In this document: piece after piece, positions 58,121-64,000 of the stretch | How positions within the stretch are numbered: position 1 is the first letter of the stretch | Layout of the letters: each line of letters begins with the position of its first letter | Origin: Chthoniobacterales bacterium | GTDB taxonomy: Bacteria; Verrucomicrobiota; Verrucomicrobiia; Chthoniobacterales; UBA10450 | Direction of reading: 5' to 3' | DNA: 64,000 bases | Assembly (NCBI GenBank): GCA_038237435.1 | Contig: JBBRYT010000001.1 | Span: forward strand, 152,656 to 216,655 | Translations under genes and position numbers: made by a program | The notes under the pieces: model-generated | Databases searched by the model: none | What the model was told of the DNA's origin: nothing | Seen by the model: only the letters and a program-made list of their open reading frames with translations

Positions 58121-58812
58121 GGCAACATTTGATCAATCGCCGCCTCGCAATGAAGACGCGTCGTATTGAGAAATGGAATTCCGTGGTGAGCTTCGTCGCG
58201 CAAGATGAGTGGCAGTTCGGTGCCACCCAAAACAACGGCATCGATCTGCGCGTTTTCTTTGAGGCGATCGACGATCGCGAGCAAGCGCGCACGGGTTTCC
58301 GGCAAGAAAACGCCATTAATTAATTCGTTCATGTACTTATCGTGAATGAATTCCTGTTCGCCTGAGTCGGGCAGGATCACTTCGATCCCAACGCGCGAAA
58401 AAACGTCGCGATAAAAACGCGCACGCATGGTGAAACCCGCGCCGAATAGACCGATGCGTTTGAGGCCGCGCCGCTTCGCTTCGACCGCGGTCACTTTAAC
58501 GATGCTGATCAGTGGAATCGGTGAAACGCGTTCCAACTCGTCGAACACCAGATGAGGCGTATTCGACGCCAGCAACGCGAAATCCGCGCCGGCCCGATGA
58601 AGTTTCTCGATTTCCGGCGACAGGAATTGGACCAAGCCTGGCAAGTCGTTGGCTTCGACCAAACCAATCTGCCGCTGCAGATTGATGCTGTTGATGAAGA
58701 GCGGCGGATACCCGGCGGTTGGTTGACGTTTGCGAAAAATTTCGATGAGCGTGCGGTAATAATCGATGGTCGATTCCGGGCCGACACCGCCGATGATGCC
58801 GAGATTTTTCAT
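58117..58812 (-). CDS. aspartate/glutamate racemase family protein
   Basis: From ATG 58812: MKNLGIIGGVGPESTIDYY, with a second half-site in LGGTELPL. ATGA overlaps on both sides. Confidence 0.85.
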   Translation of the reverse strand: MKNLGIIGGVGPESTIDYYRTLIEIFRKRQPTAGYPPLFINSINLQRQIGLVEANDLPGLVQFLSPEIEKLHRAGADFALLASNTPHLVFDELERVSPIPLISIVKVTAVEAKRRGLKRIGLFGAGFTMRARFYRDVFSRVGIEVILPDSGEQEFIHDKYMNELINGVFLPETRARLLAIVDRLKENAQIDAVVLGGTELPLILRDEAHHGIPFLNTTRLHCEAAIDQMLP

Positions 58813-59321
58813 GTCGCAGGCGCGTCGATTTGAAAAACGATGTTGTCGCGCTCCGACGCGTTCAAGCGCGTTCCCACGCGCACTCCGCCGATTTTTTCCA
58901 TGGCTTTTTGCGACCGCCAATTCTCCGGGCCGACCAGAAAGACCACGTGCCGCACGAATTGAAAAGCGTGGCGCAACAACAGGTCTTTCATTTCGCGGTT
59001 GCAAACTCCGCCCCAGTACGACCGGGCGAGAAAGGTGAAACCAATTTCGATTTCACTCTTCTCTTCGTCGTAACCGAGGAAGCGGGTCGATCCGATCACG
59101 CGATCGTCCTTGGCATCGAGAATGACAAAAGCGCCGCCCGAGTCCATCGCGCCACGAAAATATTCGCGGAAGACTTTTTCCTGATAACGATCCGGCACGG
59201 GATGCTGTTCCCAAATGAGCGGATCAGCGGCGACCGCGAAGAGCGCATCCCAATCTTCTGTGCGCAACGGCCGCAGCCACAAAAGTTCACCACGCAAAGT
59301 AGGTTGAAGATCAAACGGCAT
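58809..59321 (-). CDS. GNAT family N-acetyltransferase (RimJ/RimL-like)
   Basis: 170 aa with the Acetyltransf_3-like pattern LRPLRTEDWDALF. Confidence 0.8.
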   Translation of the reverse strand: MPFDLQPTLRGELLWLRPLRTEDWDALFAVAADPLIWEQHPVPDRYQEKVFREYFRGAMDSGGAFVILDAKDDRVIGSTRFLGYDEEKSEIEIGFTFLARSYWGGVCNREMKDLLLRHAFQFVRHVVFLVGPENWRSQKAMEKIGGVRVGTRLNASERDNIVFQIDAPAT

Positions 59322-59327
59322 AAAATT

Positions 59328-59819
59328 CTAGAGCAGCAATTGCAGATAAGTGACGTCCAGCCAGCGATCGAACTTCCGGCCGATCTCGCGAAATGTTCCG
59401 ACGCGAACGAACCCTAACGACTCGTGCAAAGCGATGCTCGCCGTCGATTCTGTGCAACACCCAGCCACTAGTACGTGGTGACCAATTTTTCGCGCGCGCT
59501 CGATTAAATCCGAAAGAAGCGCGCGTCCAATTCCGCGCCGATGAAAATCCGGATGCAGATAAACCGAAACATCCGAGCTGTGACGATAACCGCCGCGCGG
59601 ATTATGTGGCGAGAGAGCGCCCCAGCCGATCAGTTCACCGTCGCTTTCCACGGCGACCGCAGGATGTTTTTCGGAACGCTGCTCGAACCAGGCCACGCGC
59701 TCGGTCAGCGTCTGCGGCTCGGTGATGAAAGTCGAAGTGGTGTAGGCAATGTAATGATTGAGCAACTCTGTCATGGCCGGCGAGTCGTCTTTGTTGGCGA
59801 GTCGGAGCAAGAAAGTCAT
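59328..59819 (-). CDS. GNAT acetyltransferase, phosphinothricin/methionine-sulfoximine N-acetyltransferase-like
   Basis: 163 aa. [16 protein letters not shown] ... [27 protein letters not shown]. Confidence 0.8.
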   Translation of the reverse strand: MTFLLRLANKDDSPAMTELLNHYIAYTTSTFITEPQTLTERVAWFEQRSEKHPAVAVESDGELIGWGALSPHNPRGGYRHSSDVSVYLHPDFHRRGIGRALLSDLIERARKIGHHVLVAGCCTESTASIALHESLGFVRVGTFREIGRKFDRWLDVTYLQLLL

Positions 59820-60976
59820 CGGATCGAATGTAATGCCTGGGCGAAGTCGGCCAGCAAATCACGCTCGTCTTCCAACCCGATGGAAATGCGCACGAGACTG
59901 TCGCTCACTCCCATGGCGGCGCGTTGATCACTCGTTAGACTTTCGGCCCACATCGCCGCCGGATGAACGAGCAATGTAGTGAAACCGCCAAGGCTGGCGG
60001 CATAACGGCCGAGCTTGACCGCGTGAATAAATTTCTCCGCCGCGGCGTGACCACCGCGCAATTCCACACTCAGCATTCCAGTTCCGCCGCTCATCTGCGC
60101 GCGCGCCAGCGCATGCTGCGGATGTGACTCGAGAAAGGGATAATTTACGCGCGCGATCGCCGGATGCGTTTCGAAAAATCGGGCGACGGCCAGCGCGTTG
60201 CTATTATGTCGCTCGACGCGCAACTCTAGCGTGCGCAGGCCGCGCAAGAGCAGCCAGGAATCGAACGGACTGAGCACCGCGCCGACGACGAGGTGAAAGC
60301 GCCACGCGCGTTCGAGGAATTCTTTCGCGCCGACAATCACGCCGCCCATCATATCGTGATGACCGCTTAGATATTTCGTCGCGCTGTGAATCGAGACATC
60401 GATGCCCAGTTCGAGCGGTCGCTGATTAATCGGCGTGGCGAAAGTATTGTCGACGATCGTTATGATCCCGCGCGCCTTCGCTGTTCGCGCGACCGCTCGC
60501 AGATCAGTCAGGCCCATGAGCGGATTGGCGGGCGTCTCGACGTAGATCAATTTCGTATTCGGCTGAAGCGCAGCGGCAAAGTTGGCGGTTTGCGCGACGT
60601 GCGTGCATTCAATTCCCCAGCGCGGAAGAATTTCTCGGAATAAGGTCGCGGCTGAGACGTAAACATTTCGTTGCGCCACGATGTGATCGCCTCTCTGCAG
60701 CACGCTCAAGACGGCGGTAAAAATCGCGCCCATGCCGGAGGTCGTGACCAAGGCCGCTTCGCCGCCTTCCATTTCCGCGAGTAACGCTTCGACCTGTTCA
60801 TGACCCGGATTGCCGTAACGGGTGTAATATTCGCGCGGCTGAATGGTCTGAGAAATTTCCGCGAAGGCCGCGATCGATTCCGCTTCGAAACTCGTGCTCT
60901 GCCAGATGGGAGATGTAATCGCGTTCGTCGCAGTCCGAGAGCGCGCGCCGTGAATGAGTTTGGTTTGCGGATTCAT
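59816..60976 (-). CDS. Cys/Met-metabolism PLP enzyme (cystathionine gamma-synthase/beta-lyase/methionine gamma-lyase family)
   Basis: 386 aa. [15 protein letters not shown] lysine motif. Confidence 0.9.
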   Translation of the reverse strand: MNPQTKLIHGARSRTATNAITSPIWQSTSFEAESIAAFAEISQTIQPREYYTRYGNPGHEQVEALLAEMEGGEAALVTTSGMGAIFTAVLSVLQRGDHIVAQRNVYVSAATLFREILPRWGIECTHVAQTANFAAALQPNTKLIYVETPANPLMGLTDLRAVARTAKARGIITIVDNTFATPINQRPLELGIDVSIHSATKYLSGHHDMMGGVIVGAKEFLERAWRFHLVVGAVLSPFDSWLLLRGLRTLELRVERHNSNALAVARFFETHPAIARVNYPFLESHPQHALARAQMSGGTGMLSVELRGGHAAAEKFIHAVKLGRYAASLGGFTTLLVHPAAMWAESLTSDQRAAMGVSDSLVRISIGLEDERDLLADFAQALHSIR

Positions 60977-61929
60977 GCAATTGCCTTTGTGCGAAAGGTC
61001 ACGATCAAAGCAATCCCTGAAACGACCAGCGCACTTCCCGCGAGAAGTTCCGACGCGAGTTTCTCGCCGCCCAACCAGCTACCTAAAAAGACGGCGACGA
61101 TCGGATTGACATAGGCGTAGGTCGAAGCGCGCGTCGCCTCGACATTGCGCAGGAGCCAAAGATAAGCGGAAAAACCGACGATTGATCCGATGGCGGCCAG
61201 ATAGATCATCGCGCCTAACGAGTGCAAGGAAACTGCGCTGGGATGGAAATGCGCGAACTCGCCGTGGAGCAACGCGGTGATGAGACCGAACACGCCCCCG
61301 CAGATCATCTGCATCGCGGCCATCATAAAACCCGATGTTTCGTGGCGCACGCGCACGGCGTAAAGCGACGCCGCCGACCAAAGTAATTCGCCAATCGTCA
61401 GGATGACGAGACTTAGACTCAGTTGAGGAGAAAAAGAGAACCGCGTCGGCTGCACGATGACGGCGACGCCAAAAGTCGCGAGAGCAATCCCGAACCACAC
61501 CGGCAAGCGCGGTCGTCGCAAGGTTCCGCTCAGCCAACCCAGCAACACCATCACCGCCGGAACGAGCGCGATAATGACAGCTGCCGTGCCGGACGGGATG
61601 TATTGCTCCGCGAATGTCACGCTGCCGTTGCCGGCAAGAATAATTCCGCCGCCGACGAGGGCCGCTATGCGCCAGTCACGCGCGCTCGGCTGCGGCGCGC
61701 CGCGGCCGCGCAGAAACAGATATAGTAACGATCCCGCCACGGACCAGCGCACACCCGCCATGATCATCGGCGGGATGGTTTCGATCGCGACGCGAATACC
61801 GAGAAAGGTCGAACCCCAGATCAAATAAACCGCCGAGAAGGCGAGAATGATCCGTACCGTCTGGGGACGAAAATGAAGGCGTGATGACTCGATCCGCGGC
61901 AGCGCCGGGCAAGCTTCGATTGGTGCCAT
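60973..61929 (-). CDS. EamA/DMT-family transporter
   Basis: 318 aa, 10 TM helices, duplicated EamA pattern. Confidence 0.85.
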   Translation of the reverse strand: MAPIEACPALPRIESSRLHFRPQTVRIILAFSAVYLIWGSTFLGIRVAIETIPPMIMAGVRWSVAGSLLYLFLRGRGAPQPSARDWRIAALVGGGIILAGNGSVTFAEQYIPSGTAAVIIALVPAVMVLLGWLSGTLRRPRLPVWFGIALATFGVAVIVQPTRFSFSPQLSLSLVILTIGELLWSAASLYAVRVRHETSGFMMAAMQMICGGVFGLITALLHGEFAHFHPSAVSLHSLGAMIYLAAIGSIVGFSAYLWLLRNVEATRASTYAYVNPIVAVFLGSWLGGEKLASELLAGSALVVSGIALIVTFRTKAIA

Positions 61930-62033
61930 GACCCGATTCTCCCGTCATGATCCGAAACAATACAGATGCAGAGCTAAATGTTTCGATGCAGTACAGTTTG
62001 ATTACCTGTCGTTCTGTATGACATACTGCTTTC

Positions 62034-63479
62034 ATGGTCACTTTTCGAATCCCCCGCGGTCGGCCGGAACCGCTTTACGCGCGCATCGCCGCCAACCTCG
62101 GTGAGCTAATCGAGGGCGGCGTCTTACGCACCGGTGATCGCATTCCATCGGTGCGCCGGGCGAGCCGGCAACATCGCGTCAGCATGGCGACCGCGGTGCA
62201 GGCATATCTTGAATTAGAGAATCGCGGCCTGATTGAAGCGCGTCCCAAATCCGGTTTTTTTGTTCGCCAGCGTCCGCAGCAACTGCTCGAGGAGCCGCAA
62301 ACTTCCCGGCCCGCGCCTGGCGCCTCCGTCCACGAATCCCCCACGCTAATTTCGCGTCTCTTCGACGCCACCATGATGCGAGACGTCGTTCAGCTCGGTC
62401 CGGGAATTCCAAGCGCCAAGCTGCTGCCCGCGCAAAAACTCAATCGCATTCTCGCCTCGACCGCGCGCCGTCTCGGTCCGGCTGCGCTCGAACTCGATAT
62501 GCCACCAGGTTGTTTGCCATTGCGCCGCGCACTCGCAGGACGTGCGCTCGATTGGGGTGCAAAAATATCGCCGGACGAAATCATCACCACCTGCGGTTGC
62601 ATGGAGGCGCTGGTTCTGGCCTTGCGCGCGACGACTAAACCGGGGGACACGGTCGCGGTCGAATCACCGACTTATTTCGGGATTGTGCAGCTTATCGCGC
62701 AGCTAGGACTCAAGGCGCTGGAGATTCCTACTCATCCGCGTTCCGGGCTGGATCTCGATGCGCTCGAACGCGCCCTTCGCACGCGTCGTGTCAGCGCGTG
62801 TCTGGCGGTGCCGAACTTTAACAACCCGCTGGGTAGCCTCATGCCCGAGAGCGCGAAGGAGCGTCTCGTAGACATTCTTGCGCGGCGCGAGATTCCGCTG
62901 ATCGAAGATGATCTTTACGGCGATCTGCATTTCGGCGCGGAACGTCCGCACGTCGCGAAAGCACACGATCGCAAAGGGCTCGTGCTTTTGTGCGGATCCT
63001 TTTCGAAATCGGTCGCGCCCGGTTATCGCGTTGGCTGGTTAATGCCGGGCCGATTTTTCGAGAAGGTAAAAGATTTAAAATGCACCAGCACGGTCGCGAC
63101 TGGCACTCTGCCGCAGTTCGCGCTGGCCGATTACATGACGAATGGCGGTTACGAGCATCATCTGCGCGGATTGCGCCGCGCCTTGCGGCGACAAATGGAA
63201 CAACTCAATCAGGCGGTGGCGGAATCGTTCCCGCGGGAAACGAAAATGACGCGGCCGAATGGCGGCATTGTCTTGTGGGTGGAGCTGCCCAAGGGCGTGG
63301 ATGCGCTTAGCCTCCATGCCAAAGCGCTCGCCGAAAAAATCAGTCTCGCCCCGGGCCCAATGTTCTCCGCGCGGCAGAACTTCAAGAATTTTATTCGCCT
63401 TAGCTTTGGCGAACCGTGGTCGCCTAAGATCGAACGCGCCATCGGCGTGCTCGCTTACTTGGTAAAGCAGATGCGGTGA
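62034..63479 (+). CDS. MocR/GabR-type regulator (GntR wHTH fused to an aminotransferase-like domain)
   Basis: 481 aa. N-terminal GDRIPSVRRASRQHRVSMATAVQAYLELE and a C-terminal class-I aminotransferase fold (SFSKSVAPGYRVGW). Confidence 0.9.
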   Translation: MVTFRIPRGRPEPLYARIAANLGELIEGGVLRTGDRIPSVRRASRQHRVSMATAVQAYLELENRGLIEARPKSGFFVRQRPQQLLEEPQTSRPAPGASVHESPTLISRLFDATMMRDVVQLGPGIPSAKLLPAQKLNRILASTARRLGPAALELDMPPGCLPLRRALAGRALDWGAKISPDEIITTCGCMEALVLALRATTKPGDTVAVESPTYFGIVQLIAQLGLKALEIPTHPRSGLDLDALERALRTRRVSACLAVPNFNNPLGSLMPESAKERLVDILARREIPLIEDDLYGDLHFGAERPHVAKAHDRKGLVLLCGSFSKSVAPGYRVGWLMPGRFFEKVKDLKCTSTVATGTLPQFALADYMTNGGYEHHLRGLRRALRRQMEQLNQAVAESFPRETKMTRPNGGIVLWVELPKGVDALSLHAKALAEKISLAPGPMFSARQNFKNFIRLSFGEPWSPKIERAIGVLAYLVKQMR

Positions 63480-63501
63480 AGAAGCCGCTCGGAATGCGAA
63501 G

Positions 63502-63999
63502 TTATTCCGAGGCCGATGCGCGACCCGCTCTGTTTCGCCGGTAGCTGACAAAACCCAAGAAGACGAAACCAAACAGGATAAATGAGGTCGCAGACATTTC
63601 CGGCACGGCAAGAAGCGCTACATCATCGAGTCGGAAGAAATCGTCGTTGTTCACATAACGAAACTCCAGGGAGGAGATCGCGCCCGCGGCCGCAAGATTG
63701 TCGATCGTGATATTCATGTACGGATTTGTGGTGCCCAGCGCAGGGACATTAGTCTGGGAGAAGACAGTTGAGCCGTTCCACAGCACGGCGAAAGAATTAT
63801 CCACAGTTGCCGTTGGGGTCGACTTGTCGCTCGCCAACCAAAATGAGAGCTGGTAGGTCTGTCCTGTAGTCGTAGCGAGCGTCTGGAGCAACGTGCCGGG
63901 ACCGGGCGAAGCGCCTAGGAAAGCGAAGTCAAACCCGCTGTGGGCGAGGGTGGGATCATTGTTAACGAAGGTGAAACCGGAAGGATCAGTAAAGGTCCA
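63502..63999 (-). CDS. PEP-CTERM-anchored secreted protein, C-terminal part (5' end beyond the window)
   Basis: The reading frame stays open to the window end. The C-terminus VPEMSATSFILFGFVFLGFVSYRRNRA is a PEP-CTERM sorting signal. Confidence 0.7.
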   Translation of the reverse strand, partial: WTFTDPSGFTFVNNDPTLAHSGFDFAFLGASPGPGTLLQTLATTTGQTYQLSFWLASDKSTPTATVDNSFAVLWNGSTVFSQTNVPALGTTNPYMNITIDNLAAAGAISSLEFRYVNNDDFFRLDDVALLAVPEMSATSFILFGFVFLGFVSYRRNRAGRASASE

Positions 64000-64000
64000 T

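Larger units (their letters stand above)
488..61222. repeat. dispersed over-represented word CTCGTTAGGC / GCCTAACGAG (usually preceded by A: ACTCGTTAGGC)
   Basis: Exact copies counted by eye. GCCTAACGAG on the + strand starts at 488, 1708, 2586, 8795, 10291, 11641, 12713, 13789, 15014, 15492, 17357, 21360, 23956, 27754, 28064, 31491, 34320, 38187 and 61213. CTCGTTAGGC on the + strand starts at 864, 4083, 6103, 10223, 16893, 26687, 33161, 37707, 38484, 43364, 45050 and 51101. Confidence 0.9.

Noticed and set aside
488-61222. Interpretation of the abundant word as a Chi-like or KOPS/FtsK-orienting sequence
   Set aside because: Such signals are strongly co-oriented within one replichore. Here the split is 19 to 12 within a single 64-kb stretch with no obvious switch point. 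This is not fully excluded without the whole genome.
488-61222. Interpretation of the word as a conserved peptide motif (PNE) or as remnants of a MITE/REP element
   Set aside because: It is read in four frames and on both coding orientations. Only about 11 nt are conserved, with unrelated flanks and no palindromic or terminal-inverted-repeat structure.
47307-61929. tRNA-associated genomic island or integrative element
   Set aside because: I found no integrase, recombinase or mobility gene and no direct repeat of the tRNA-His or tRNA-Arg 3' ends. Only the word depletion hints at foreign origin, so it is reported as a finding rather than annotated as a mobile element.
1-64000. CRISPR arrays, rRNA genes, prophage or IS elements, toxin-antitoxin or known defence systems
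   Set aside because: No direct-repeat/spacer structure, rRNA-like sequence, transposase/integrase/capsid-like ORF or recognisable defence gene was seen on either strand.

Overview
Gene-dense chromosomal segment with about 75 genes and no rRNA, CRISPR array, transposase or phage genes. The host is a moderately GC-rich Gram-negative bacterium. A PEP-CTERM protein, a PVC-type small basic protein and frequent SD-less or overlapping starts suggest a Verrucomicrobia/PVC-like soil organism, but that is inference only.

Housekeeping content:
- Cofactor, proline and isoprenoid genes: nadB (partial), panC, putA, ispH, and acnA, which carries an in-frame stop.
- Translation and nucleotide genes: rsmI, rplU-rpmA, adk, fmt, pyrH, frr, proS, rplM-rpsI, RNase P RNA, tRNA-His and tRNA-Arg.
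- An LPS/envelope locus with a two-domain GT2, an LpxL-like/GT9 heptosyltransferase fusion and an ArnT-like GT.
- The tesA / ybbA-ybbP-like module.
- An SDR next to a eukaryote-type DEGS sphingolipid desaturase.
- A DsbD/thioredoxin pair.

Two things stand out.
1. A non-palindromic word, (A)CTCGTTAGGC = GCCTAACGAG(T), occurs at least 31 times exactly, plus about 20 one-mismatch variants. It sits on both strands, in four different reading frames, in intergenic DNA, and inside or against stop and start codons. Its density is about 1 per 1.4 kb in the first 38 kb, then it is nearly absent from 45-61 kb. This behaves like a DNA uptake-signal-type genomic word rather than a protein motif.
2. The word-poor tract holds a minus-strand cluster at 50.46-57.5 kb. 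It encodes an accessory protein, an ABC exporter with two cNMP-binding domains and a C39 peptidase domain, a HlyD adaptor, and a sensor-less sigma-54 activator. Three tandem small Lys/Gly-rich peptide genes follow, sharing a DL-x-P-[KR]-[KQ]-[DN]-[AV]-[KR]-GG motif, and one of them is frameshifted. This looks like an uncharacterised, possibly cyclic-nucleotide-gated double-glycine peptide export system.

All counts and coordinates come from reading the sequence by eye. No searches were run.
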